A model generated the notes under the pieces. That model was not told where the DNA came from, ran no database searches, and saw nothing but the letters and a program-made list of their open reading frames with translations. A stretch of 64,000 nucleotides of DNA from Amoebophrya sp. A120 (Eukaryota > Protista > Dinoflagellata). This document shows positions 13,501 to 25,900 of this stretch, in pieces; position 1 is the stretch's first letter, and each line of letters opens with the position of its first letter. The stretch lies in NCBI GenBank assembly GCA_905178155.1, contig CAJINV010000003.1, positions 5,418,251-5,482,250 of the forward strand, written 5' to 3'. A program made the translations under genes and the position numbers.

Positions 13501-15429
13501 GCGTAGGGTTGCGGCATGCTGATGTACACGAAACTCCCAATGTTCCCCAGCAAGGTCGCAAACAGCAGTTGCCGGTGGCGCGGCCAGTACTGTGGGCGGG
13601 TGAGCAGTTCCCAGGCTTGCTTCGTGGAGGTCCACAGTTTCAGGAACGACACCCGGGGCCGGGCAATCGGCATGCCCAGCGCACGCTCCGCTTCCGCGTA
13701 GTACTCTCTCTGGCTGGGCACCACCAGGCCCAGCAGCAGCGCGGACACGCCCACTGGGAGGCTGTACCCCAGGAGTGCGTGGGGGAAACTGATGCCGTAC
13801 GTTGTCATCACCGAATCCTGCAAAAACACCGGGAGAAACGCCGCGATATAGCTGCAACTGTTGCTCAGGGACAGGAGTAAACCGTTGTAGCCCGGCACGT
13901 GGAAGAGGAAGCCGAACAGGCCGTAGTTGTTGATCCACGATCCAAAGTCGGTGAGTAATAGTCCCATGGGAAACAGGATAAAATCCATCCACGCACCCTC
14001 CGCGGTGTCGTCGCGAAAGAACATGACGAGGGACAGTACGAGCAGCCCACAGACCAGCAGCAACGCGCCCAACACCGCGGTTGCCCGCCCGCCGATCGTG
14101 TCGAAGCAGATACCCGCTGGCAGCAGCGCAGTCACGGCGACGCACTGGAGCACGCTGAAGGTAGTCGCTAGAGCCAGAAACTGCCCGTCACAGGTTCTTT
14201 CATCGTCCGACCCTGAGGAAGGTGAGTTGTCCTCGCCCGGCAAGACCACCTGCGGGGACAGGGGAATAGCGAGAGGTCTTAGGGTCGGATGGAGTTCGTC
14301 CTCACCCCTCTCGACCCTGACTTCTTCCGCTACCAAATATAGCCGCCGGGGCGGGGGTAGTGAGGTCGTAGGCGTTTTTTTGCCGACCGCCGCCTTGGCC
14401 GCGGCTTTGCTTTTTATGGGCTCGCCATACCACCGCGCGTAACGTTATGCCGCACGGTATGGCGCCCACTTGGGAAACGTCGCAAATTTTGGCACATTTC
14501 CAAAATTCCTTTCCGAAAGCCAGCCCCGATGCTATGGGGCCGATCCGGGTGCCACGGGGGGCGCCCAAAAAGCGAAGAAAAACCGGGCCCATAGCATGCG
14601 GATTGGCTTTGCGCGTCTGGGGCGCTTTTTATTTTTCGCGTTTTTATTTTTCACGCCGGCGCTTTTTGCAAAGCTTCCCAGGCTCTAAAACCGGCGAAAA
14701 GGCGGCCGCTTTCGCGACCGCCCAAAATGCTCCGAAATCGCGGCCGTGCCATGCTGTTTCGCTGTTCTGATTTTGGGCGCGTTTTTTGCGCGCCCCTTTT
14801 TGGGCGCCCCAAATCGCCAGAAACCAAGGCGGCGGGCGCCTCAGAAGGGCGCCCCTTTTGCCGGCTCCCCTGCGTCGTTTTATCAAGTGTGAATCGATAG
14901 TTTTCGTTCGGGCTTGTTTGTTTTCAAAGCTCCGGCCGCTTGATAATTGAAAATCTTTTTTTTTAAAAAACTCTTCCGTCCGCTTGAAAACTGCCGGTCG
15001 TTTTTCAGGGGAGATGGCAAAAAAACTCCCCGGTTAGAACCGTTCGGTGACCTCACTACATACAATCTTTCCATCGTGTAGAGTCAGCTCCGTGTGGGTA
15101 ATCGGGAAGTTGCACACGCTACGATACACACCAGCCTCGGCAAATTTTTGCGTGAACAGTGCCTGCCCAGGAATCAGACCGCCACAAAGAACGCTACAAA
15201 CCCAAGCAACCAACAGCCGAATCCAGGAGGCACAGGACGGCGAGGGAGGAGGCGCAGCGGAGGATTTTGATTTGACGATGCTGGAGGACGAGCTCGCCTT
15301 GATAAGATCCGAAGGAACAGATCCGCCATCCGCGGGCTGCTGCACCAGGCTCGCTTTTACGGTAGCAGAGCTGTCAGGCAAATCGTGGCCCAACAGTGGC
15401 CTTTCTAAGCCCGCCCCAGTTCCTTTCAT
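10537..15429 (-). CDS. SLC43/LAT3-like MFS transporter fused to a C-terminal GNAT acetyltransferase domain, spliced
   Basis: ~12 hydrophobic segments and GVYRSVC...C-x-x-Q loop. After removing 11765-12065 and 10609-10908 the frame continues into HWYIQTLAT..RGQGAARQLL..CYLET..YFEKFGF..GMWRN*. The start is approximate. Confidence 0.78.
10609..10908. mobile_element. Degenerate family-B introner
   Basis: Eroded TIR; DR CACAC. Confidence 0.8.
11765..12065. mobile_element. Introner family B (TIR TATCAAATGYAAAAATGTCTGGGTCTGGAAG)
   Basis: TIR; DR GGGCG; join VPP/GVVKV. Confidence 0.9.
14358..15058. mobile_element. ~700-bp insertion/intron with short TIR TAGTGAGGTC
   Basis: 10-11-bp inverted ends; separates two MFS exons; no DR. 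Confidence 0.6.
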
Positions 15430-16132
15430 GCTCAACTGCCCATGCTTTTGATTGAGATGAACCAATGTGAATTCTGGATCTGTATGCTCTTGTTACGCTC
15501 ACAAGTAAGAAAGATAATTTGCGTTTCAGAGTGCTGGTGACTACTTCCTTACTTTCGGGAACTTGTTTTTCTTGGCAACAATGACACTTGCACACTGTCG
15601 TGACTACATGTGCTGTACCCCGCCCCTGCCACGGAGTCTTACTCTTAGAGACGCAGACGTAGTTGTCACGAAAGCATTAGGATATAGACATTCACTGAAA
15701 AGAAAAACTTAGAGTATTCAGAATACGAAGACATGGTTATCGTCATTGGTGACATCGGCATAATTATAGGGGACGGTGTGTATTGCTGGAAGTGGATGCT
15801 TATCAGTGTGTGTGTGTGTGTGTGAAGACAATACTTATTGCATAGTATCGCTCGAGAACGAGCTCGTCATCGACTTTTGCCTTGTTTTGCTCTTTATCAT
15901 CACGTGCTTCAGCCTTCTTACGGTGCAAACCGACACCCATCACTCAGTCGTATTTGTCTCTTGTCGTCGTGGTGCATGATCGCTCGTCCTGAAAGCTCGA
16001 ATCATCACGCAGTCGAGGTAAGTCATGTGGTCTTGTCTCGAGATGTTTATTACGCACCGCTCGAAGTCAGTTTTCTACTCATCTACTTGCAACCTGGGAG
16101 TCCGACTCCCATATGTGCAGTCTTTTTCAGTT

Positions 16133-19100
16133 TTATGTGCCACAACTCATACTAGAGTGGACGTGGATCTCGTGCTTGACCATGCAAAAAAAAATCGTGC
16201 CTCCTGGTGCAGTCGATGAAGTGAACAAAATCGCAAAATCATGCGACAAAGGCTCAACATTGCACTTTGAAAAAAAGGTAAAGATGAGAACAGATTTTTT
16301 CCCAACGATTTTTTTTTCCATTGTGCTCGACAATTTGGGTTTCATCTCAGTCTTTAAAAAGCGTCCGGCGATGGCTCGGCCAGCGCGCTTCTGCAAAATG
16401 TTCATCCGCGTACTATTGAGACTTTTGAGCGGATCGACGGACTGCAGGTGGTTGGCGATCAGCTGACACCCATCGGCCAAGTCAAGGCGTACTTCAACCT
16501 TCGTAACTTCTGAGCAAAGGCAGTCGGAGCACCGCTGAGTTTCCGTGGTGACCAGGTCGCGCATTTCCGCCGCCAGCAGTTTCAGGTCACCCAGCCTGTT
16601 GTGGGCCTCCGGATCCGGAAGGATGGTCAATTCCACGCCCTTATCCAGTGCAAATAAATGTATCGGTCTCGACGAACACTTCTACAACACTATTCTTCTC
16701 TATGCAGCTTTTGCATGTCCGCAACAAGGTCTCCTGAGATGCAGCCGTCTAGCTGCGTCACAGGTTTGGAGAAGGTTTCTCTATGCCTATCCCGGATATG
16801 ACAGATTCCTCCTTTTGGTGACAGAAAAGGGGCTGCATCGAGGCGTCTTTTGATTGCTGTGTTCTTATGCATGAACAAGGCTTTCGCATTTTCTTGTGGC
16901 ACCTATCTAAAAAAATGCTCATCACCAGCTTGCATCGTTCCAGCCCAGACCACATGTACTTCTTGCTTTTGATAGGCCACACGATTCGATCCGATGGGCG
17001 GCACAAAATGCACCGATATCTGTCCGATCTCTATTCCTGGGTGCGCGTGCCCAAGTAATGATCGCAATCGATCCTCGAGCTCGGCCACAGAAGCTGCAGG
17101 AGGAGGCGAAGTTGCAGTTGCTGTCGGTGTTTCTGTACCAGCAGCTGATAACGAAGATGGTACCGCTGCACCAACAGTAGTTCTCCGACTTCCCGCATCG
17201 GGCGGCCGATCGTCGTGTCCCCGCTCCTGCGGCATCGCTTGTTCGCCAACCAAGTAGTTGCTACCTCCTTCAACTAGTGGAGAGGAGGACGATGCTGGTC
17301 CTCGTCCCACCTCCTCGCAATTGTCGAACGCCTGGCTCTTGTATCCTTGGTGATCAAGGAGCTCCATGGAGGTCGTGCGCGGACTCGCGGACCCCTCTCC
17401 CATCTTGCTCCTCGTCCTGCCGTCCCCCCCGGCGTGGTGTTGAAAGAGCTGGTAGTCACAATCCACGTCGACCACCTCGGGAATTTCCTGCTGCACACGT
17501 GTGCGCACCAGGTGCGCTACCTGCTGGAAGCCGCTCAACGTGAGACGATCGCTCACCGTAAGGGTGACGTCCACAAACAACTTATCCTGAGGAAAAACGT
17601 ACCCACACCAGAGTTGTAATGCAGATTTGCAAAGACAGGAAGACTTGTAATGCGCATCCGCATGAGAACCATTTTCAATCGTGTTTTGGAATTTGTAATG
17701 CTGTAAACAGGATGAGCAGATGGATTTCTGATGCAGCTGGCCTTGCGAACCTGCATTACACTACGGACTGCAACTTGTGATGCGTGACTCACAAAGCTCC
17801 TAGGTTTGTATTGGAAAATCCCCATCCTGACTCTGGTGTGGGTACGTTTTTACTCAGGATACAACTTGCTGCCCGCTTTGCGGACCTTCAGGTCGTCGCC
17901 GACACCGAGGACGTCTTTCGAGGCGGCCTTCTATCCTGAGTGAAAACGTCCCCACCCCAGATTTGTAATGCTAAAAGGAATTGCAGCACACTTTGCCGCC
18001 CCAGAGTTCTTGTAATGCAGATTTGCAAAGACAGGAAGACTTGTAATGCGAATCCCCACGAAGGCCATTTCCAATCGTGTTTTGGATTTTGTGATGCTGC
18101 AAATAGGATGTGGAGCTGGCTTTGTGATGCGGCTGTCCTTGCAAAACTGCACTACAATACAGAGGGTAACTTGTCATGCGTGACTCCCAAAATTTCCGGG
18201 TTTGTGTTGCAGATTTCCCATCTTGACTATGGGGTGGCGACATTTTTCCTCACAATACCTTCGCCAGCGCTGTCAGTTTTGCGCGCAGCTCGTCCGACAG
18301 GGCGTTTCGGTCGGCAAGGGCGTACACGGCCTCCTCGAGCAACTCTGCGCCCTGGCGCAAAACCATACCAGCGACCAGCACCCCGCCCAACGGGTCGCAC
18401 AACGGGTAGTCGAACCAGGCCCCGGCGATGCCGAACCCGGCCACCACCGAGCTCAAGGCGTCGCTGCGATGGTGCCAAGCGTTCGCAATCAACACGGGCG
18501 ACGAAAATTGCTCGCCGATGCGAAGGGTTCGCCGATACAGCATCTCTTTCGCGAGAAAGGACAACAAAATCGCGACCATGGCAAGCGGTGCGTTCTCCGG
18601 GGCGAGCGAACACGGTAGGTCCGTTTGCAGATGCTCGGCTGCCGTCTCGGCCACTGCATTGATTTCCGTCGTTGTACCAGTTGTACTACTGCCCATCAAT
18701 ACGGTCTTTGTAGTTGTTCCAAGCGAGGACATTTGTTGCTGATGCGCGAGCAAGTCACGGAGTGCCTCCCACCCGATGCCAATGCCCGCTGCGCAAATGC
18801 CCGCGGACACGCCCAGAGTACCGATGTGCTCGTATCGCATGTAGCCGTACGGGTGCGCCGCATCAGCCGGGCGCTGCACCAAGCGAATCGTCAGTAGCGT
18901 CGCGCCATCCGTGACCAGGTCGGAAAGGGAATGCGCGGCATCGGCTATCAATGTGAAAAATGCCCCCACCCTCGAACTTGGGAGCATTTGTATTGCAAAC
19001 CTTTCCAAATGAAGCACTCGCCCTCTTGCATCTATCAGCATCACAGATTTCCGATCGTGAATAGCAAAAATTTGTATTGCAAAAGATCCCAGCAAGAGCG

Positions 19101-20839
19101 GCGCTTGTCATGCAAGCAATGCTATATACGCCGAGACTCTGCATCACAAAGATTCATATTTCCTTCATGCATGACAAAAGCCTTTCATTTGGAAACTTCG
19201 CATCACAAATTATTGCAACATTGGGGGTGGGGGCATTTTTCACTGTAGTATCGGCCATTAGGGACGAAGAGTGTGTCATCGCCCCCAGAAGGGCGTATCA
19301 AATGTAAAAATGTCTGGGTCTGGAAGAATTGGAACTTGTCATGCGAATTCTGGAATACGCAAAAATTTGCATTGCATAAAGACCAAAAGCTTCCCATTTC
19401 TTGCTACGCAAATACGAAACTTGTCATGCGGGATAGACATCAGGAGGCCTGCGCAAAATCTGTAATGCTTTTGCGTGCATCAGAGACCAGTTGCGCGATC
19501 CAGAAGATGCATGACAAACTCCCGCAATCTTCCTCCAGACCCAGACACTTTTACATTTGATACGCCCTTCAGGCAGGCCAAACCCAAATTGCAGCCGGCT
19601 CCGAGAAAGGTGATGCGCTCCATTGCGTCCGACCCGTTGCTGTTTGTTTTCTTCATTTTCCCAGGCTCCTCCTCACTTCCGCCCGGCTTCTTGTGGTGGA
19701 TCGAGGTTGAGGAGGACGAGGAACTACGTTCGGAGCTGTAATTCCGCGTCACATCGCGGCGCTGGCTTGATGTTCTCGACGGGCGGGTCGAGCTGGATGA
19801 GCCCTCCGAGCTGCTGGCGCTTGTTGGCCGCGATCGGAGCAAGAGGCTCAACCTGCGGAGCCCTTGGCAAGGTTCGACGTCGCCGCAACGTTCTTTGCGT
19901 GCGACATCAGCTGCTGCTGCCTCAGTTTCAAAGGAAACACGGCTCCGTGGAGGGGTCGTCCCAATCGCCCTCGTAGCTGCAAGTAACGCTGTGCTCGTTC
20001 TTGCGTTCTTGTTGTCTTGTTCGCTGTGTCCACCCTTGTCAGTACTGTATTTCGACAGAGAACTCGGTCTTTTTTGATGTCGGCGCAATACCCCGACATC
20101 TTGGAGAACTTGAACTACACCATGCAACCTTCTCGATCCGTGCGTTGGTTGTATATTGACTACGTCAAGGCTCCTTGCCTTCCGTCCTGTGGTCCTCTGT
20201 CTTATTTTTCGAGGTAGCAGCTGACAACTCGACGCACTTGTTCTTCCAGAGCTGGGCACCGATGCTTGCGCACTGCTGGTCTTCGCCGTGTGAATGCTGT
20301 TTGTCCGACGTCGTGCATTCAGGAAATGTACTATCCGGACGCGCTCCTTACCGAAGCTCGCTATTCCGCCAGGCGTGGTCGTAGTTGTATCTAGCAAGTA
20401 AACAGCTTGACGTCGTGCTATTGAAGTAGTCCTTGCTCCCCGAGACCTCCACGAAGGGTGGTTGCAATCTATGGTCGGCTTTCGACAGCCCAATTGAATA
20501 TCAAATGCAAAAATGTCTGGGTCTGGAAGACTGCCAGGATTGTAATGCATATTTTGAATGATCCATGATGTCTGTGATGCATGCCCTAGCATCACATATT
20601 TTTAGAGGACTTTGCGATGCCTCTACCGCATGAGAAATGCCCTTTCCGCGTAGCACAAACTGGAGTCCCCTTGCTGGTCATGCAATACAAATTTTTTTAG
20701 AATCCAGAGACAGCGTCACAGGTTTAGAATCTTCCAGACCCAGACATTTTTGCAATCCATATTGAAGATGATGATACAACAACCGCGTCTTCCAGTTCCT
20801 GTGAACCCCGAACATGTCGCTGACTTGCTGAGTCTTCAT
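16133..20839 (-). CDS. Cation diffusion facilitator (FieF/MMT1/MTP6-like) metal transporter, spliced
   Basis: SSLMADAAHSLSD, HPYGYMRYE, ANAWHHRSDALSS, DPLGG, KVRKAGSKLFVDV dimerisation domain; R/S-rich N-terminus; six introners. Both ends are approximate. Confidence 0.9.
16642..16974. mobile_element. Degenerate family-B introner
   Basis: TATC...GATA ends; join RVA/VELTI. Confidence 0.65.
17583..17861. mobile_element. Introner family A
   Basis: TIR; DR CAACT. Confidence 0.95.
17932..18257. mobile_element. Introner family A variant
   Basis: Imperfect TIR; DR CCTTC. Confidence 0.92.
18946..19250. mobile_element. Introner family E (TIR ..GTGAAAAATGCCCCCACCC)
   Basis: TIR; DR TCGGC; join LMAD/AAHSLSD. 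Confidence 0.93.
19296..19562. mobile_element. Introner family B with inverted rather than direct flanks
   Basis: TIR; flanks GAAGGGCG / CGCCCTTC. Confidence 0.9.
20499..20761. mobile_element. Introner family B
   Basis: TIR; DR TTGAA. Confidence 0.93.
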
Positions 20840-22986
20840 TTAGTAGAATCAGACAGTTTAGCTTCATGATCATGATCTTTCCGTTCAATACAAGCACTTC
20901 CCATGTTTACTGAGAAGCTGTTCATGCACAGTAGTTCTAGTTGCCCTAAACGCTACGTAATAGAAGAAGTTTCGGGACAGGAGCACTCTTCATATGGCCG
21001 CAAGGCTACAGGGAAAGATGAAAAACCGATGCGATGAAAAAGAAAATGATTTCATCGGGCGGGGGCGGGCGGTTCATAATTATAAACAAAATGTTCCCTC
21101 GGGTTACCGGGACCCGGATGTGATCGCTCGATTGGTTCTATCGGGATGCCGAACAAGAAGAGTATCGGGATGCCTTCGCCCAGCTTGCCGACGTTTGCTT
21201 GACCAAGTAGCGCGTTGTTTGACCAGGCACGTTGCTTCTCCGCCTCTACTTCGGTCAAAGTCAGAAGTTGGACTATGTTGATCAAATAAGGCCACAAGAG
21301 CTTGTGTCGACGCAGAATGCTGGCGTATTGATTCCTGTCTTTTTCTTCAATCCCAAAGTTTCTGGCTGTTTCAATAGGCTGCGAGGCAGTCAAACTGGTT
21401 TCGTGTTGAGAGAATTCAGCATCTCTTCTCTACGAGGTCAAAGAATTATCTAAGTCATCAACTTCTTGTCAGCTTTTTTTTTCCGTTTTCCTTTTTCAGT
21501 TTCAAACGCGAGGAGCAAATACAAAGCGCATCGGCTACATTGAAAAAAAGTTTCATCTGGAACTGGAATATTGTGTGGCGGAACGCTTACACTTTATCCG
21601 TTCTTGCTCGTAAAAACACACTGCAGAATCATGGATTTGCATATTCAACATAGTCAAAGTCATAGTTATCATACTCACCTACGCAAATTAGCTTGCTCGG
21701 GAGATCAAAGTAGCGAATTTGTACAAAGTAGTCAAATTTATGATGACGACACGCACACGTGGCGCATCTTCCCATTTGTGCCCTCCAAGAACTGCTTCCG
21801 CTTTCAAACCAGTAAGTAGAGGCGTGCGACCGCCCACTTGTTAGGCTTATGCACAAATGAATTCGAGAATACTTACATCAACGACAAAGATACACATATT
21901 ACATCCAACTGGAGTACATACAAATAAATGATATTCCCAAGAAACTACGGTGTGTCGAATGCCTGACACTCAGGATCGATCGGAGAAACCAACTCCTTGA
22001 TTGTATTGAAGTTTCCACGGTATCAGAGCGAGGCTTATACCAACCCGCCACAACAGCGTGAAAGGAGAGTTTCAAAAATCGATATCGAAACGCTGTGGCT
22101 GTCCTGAGACTGGAACTGCAAGTAAGGCTGCACAAAAAAACGCTGGAAATGAAAAGTAAGTACTTAACACATCAAAAACTCGCCGCGGATGACAAAGCAG
22201 CACGAGTTTGCTGTTGTGGATGCGTTAGTAGCCATAGCCGAGAATGAATAAAACTAGCTGACTACAAGCGACTGCTTTTGTTGACCATACTGCTTGTCAT
22301 CTACTTGACGGAAAAGGGACTCGGTAAAAGCTTGGGGGCACCTACATCGGTTCGTCACATCCATTGGATACCGATGCAGGATCGCAAGCAAGGCCTACCC
22401 TGACATTCAAAAAAATAATTGTGTCCTGCCATTTCATCTACGTGCAAATATCTTAACACTTCGCCTGCTTGTTTTTATCTGTTGCATTCATGATAGGCCC
22501 TCGCCGTGCCTGTAGTCGCCTTAGAAAAAGAGTATATTACGTATCTGCGGTCTGCGTAGGCTTTTCGGGAAGGCTGTTGGGCCACCTTCAAAAAAAGAGC
22601 TCCGATCATAGATACATAATGATCGATACAGCGAGCCCAGCAAGCATTTCCGCTTCCGTCGCCTGGCGAGAGGAAATCCGTTCGTGCGCCACAGCTGTGG
22701 CTGTGACGTTCGGCTAACATAACTCAACAACGCGTTACTCCGTACTACATCTGACCCAGTTTTTTTCATTCACTTTTGATTCATTGACTTTTCAGTTCTC
22801 TATATGATTTTCTTCTTGACCTTGTCCTGTAAACCTAGATTCTACGTGCAGTTGCCTGTATCTCGGGCGGTGTCCTACTTGACCTTCGTTACATACTAGC
22901 AGCTCTCCCTGGTGCCGCCTGGTGCAGCGAGTTTAAAAAACTTCTTTATCAACTACTCTACCTCTTCTAGTCCGCCCTTTACACTT

Positions 22987-25900
22987 CTAAACTTGTTGCT
23001 CCGCTTCGCTCGGGCGAGCCGGTTGTGCGTCTCCGTCGGCGCTGGTACTTTGCCGGCCCGCGGCGGTCCCCTCCTCCTGTCCGTCTCCTGCGGGCAGGAG
23101 AGTCTCTCCTCCACCTGGGCTACTGGGTGCGGGCCCGCCCTCCTCCCCGCCGGCGGAATGATGCGCAGATCCGGCGGTTGCGTGGCGTGCTGCCATCAGC
23201 AATATCAAATGTAAAAATGTCTGGGTCTGGAAGAATCCACCTTATTGGTTGGTTGGTTGGGTAGCGCCTGTCGCCGGTGCAGGTCCCGCCCTCCATCGAT
23301 TGCGATCCGGAGTAGCCGGAACACAAGGCCCTAGTGGCACAATCGATCGACGAAGCCCTTTATAACCAGGTCACAGTCATCCGGCTGCCCTGGAGTCATT
23401 CGCGGGCCAGGCAACGTCTAGGAGCTACGGATTAGGGATCTTGATAGGCGAGACAGGTCACGGTCATCCACCTGCCTATCGAAGACGAGCCAGGTCACAG
23501 TCATCCAGCTGCGTTCACAGTACGAGCCAGGTCACAGTCATCCGGCTGACTGCATATGAACGTCCCCGGCGGCAGTCGTCGAAGTGAACCCATGGGAAGA
23601 GCCGGGAAATGCCAAAGACAGGAACCCCCTGACACATGCCAACTAGACACAGTAACCACATGTGACGACGTGGAAAAAGGGTAGACCCCGACTGGCTTAC
23701 CGGTAAGCCCGACTGCCCCGCTGCGTGTTATTTTCCCGGGCAAATTTATTTATACTGAACCCCGGGCACGCCACCCGGAGACGGACGAAGTCCAGTTTTT
23801 ACAAAACTCCCGCATAGCGGCTATCTAAATGGGGCGGGGTCAGTTGACCATCGAATTGCTTGCGCTAAACGACGACGGGTGGACCCCATGCAAAAAGCCT
23901 CTTTGGACTGCCCCTCTTGCGCTAAGACCCTTTTTCTATCTAATATTACGACTACGCTACTACTAGGACTACTGCCGCTATTACTACCGGGAAACTGTTA
24001 CTACTAGGCTCTTGCGTGGCCCTTCTTATGCCGGGGAAGAGTGGCATGGCCAGCATCTGCTTGTGCTTTTTGCTGCCGTTCCTTTCGGGCCCGTGGGTCC
24101 CCTTGGGTGGAAGCGCCTCACTGGTGGGCGTCGGCGCGCGAGACAATACCCAAGCGACAGGACACGCGCCCTGTGCATGGCGGGCAAAAACTAGATGGGC
24201 ATGTGGCTGCGCACTGCATTTACGCGAGCCATTTTTGGTTTTTTCTCCTCTCATCTCTCTGTGTCGTCCTGTTGCTTGGGAACGCGCCGCCGGCGTGGTC
24301 TTTTTTGCGCGGTCCCTGACCTCTTGGGGCCAGCTCTTAGCTGCGCGCGTCTCGCTGGCGCTGTTTGCTCGTTTGCCGTTTTCCTGTGTTGTGTTTTTTA
24401 GGGAAAAACCTGCGCTACGTTTTACGAAAAAAGGAGTCTCTGCCCCTACTTTTTTGAAAAGCAGAGTCTTTGCTCCTGCGTTTTTGGAAAAAGCTCTCTT
24501 GTCGCTGTGACTTGGCAGACCGCCCGCGCGGGTCTTTTTACCGCCTTCGCTGTGGAACCGCTTTCCTGGCTGCTGCTGGCTGCTGCTTCGGCTGCGCCCT
24601 TCTGTCCGTAGTCTGCTGCTGCTGGGCCTTCGCTCCGCTTGCTGGCGCCCGCTTCGGCTGCCGCTCTCTCCCTGCCGGGCCTGGCTGCTTTGCCCTCGCT
24701 TTGGACTTTGCTGCTTTTTGTTTTGGCGGCTGCTCTCTCGCTTTTGCTCGCGGGGCTGCCTTTCCTTTCGCCTTTGGCGCCGGCCGTCTCTCGTCCACAC
24801 CCTCTGGCTCCGGGTGCTCGTCCTCCGTGTTTTCTCCGCTCTGCAGGTCAGTGAGCCGCAGCATGTCCTTGATGTACTGCCGCCGCTTTGCAAGGCAGCG
24901 CCGCTTGGTCCAATCTCGCAGAGGAGGGAAGGCGAAGGCTTTTTGCCCGAAATCATAGACCGGCCAGTCCGTGTACTCGTGGTCGTGTCCCGTCGCGTTC
25001 ACCACCGCCAACCCGATGGCCCGCGTTGCGATTCCCGGCGCCATCGTTCTATTTTCTTCTGCGATCTTCCCCATTGTCTGGGTGGCTGCCCAGTGGACTT
25101 TGTGGCCCTGCAACTGCAGCCTTTCCACCTGCTCGACGAAATGCACCGCAATGCCCTCGCCTCGGCGCAACGGCCCGCGCGTCTTTGCTCGTAACCTCTC
25201 GTAGTCGCACAGCTTGTACTTGTAGTGGACCCCTGGCTCTTCGCTGTTCGTTTCGCGGCTGAGATGCAGAAAGCCGCTGAGATACGCGGCAAAGTGTCTC
25301 TCCTCCGCGCGTTCCTCCATCATCAGATGCGCTCGCTTTGTCTGTACCTGCTTCAGCACAGCGACCCTTCCGATGCCGTCTACCTGCAGCACCCGCGCCC
25401 CTTGTCCGTCCGCCGCCGCTACTACGTACGCCGTCTCCCTCTGGCACGCGCGCGGCAGGCGTGAGGCCGGCGGTGGCTTTTTGCTACGGTCTGGGATGAA
25501 CCCACAGAGGCGGAGGTCGGACTTTGCTGGCAGTCTGATTTCCGCTCCCTCACTCAGTGCCTCCACCAAGGCTAGGCCCGCCGCAGTCTTTACCCGCACT
25601 GCCGTTCGGTCTGCCGCGCCTATTCCCGCAAGGCCCGTGCCATGAAAGCGAATCGGGAAGGTTGCCCAGGTGAGGAAACCGTCGACATCCGTCAGAATGT
25701 TGCTCTGCGCCACTCCCCTCAGGAGCTTGATTCCGAGAATGTACGGGTCTACGATTCCCAAAATGTTCTCGCTGAAGATGAGACGGTAGAAGAGTTCGGG
25801 CGTGAGGCCGATCCGCGTCGTAAGTCTCTCCCATACCTCCCGCTCGAAGCCTATGACCTTCGCGATTGAAGTCGCCATCTCGATGAGAAGCTCCGACCAG

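Noticed and set aside
15806-15823. (TG)n microsatellite
   Set aside because: Ordinary short repeat.
20994-22770. Short ORFs between the CDF gene and the giant gene
   Set aside because: No motifs and no supportable exon chain.
23366-23548. CRISPR-like repeat-spacer pattern
   Set aside because: Only four short copies, irregular 10-65-bp spacers, no cas genes, inside a eukaryotic LINE UTR.
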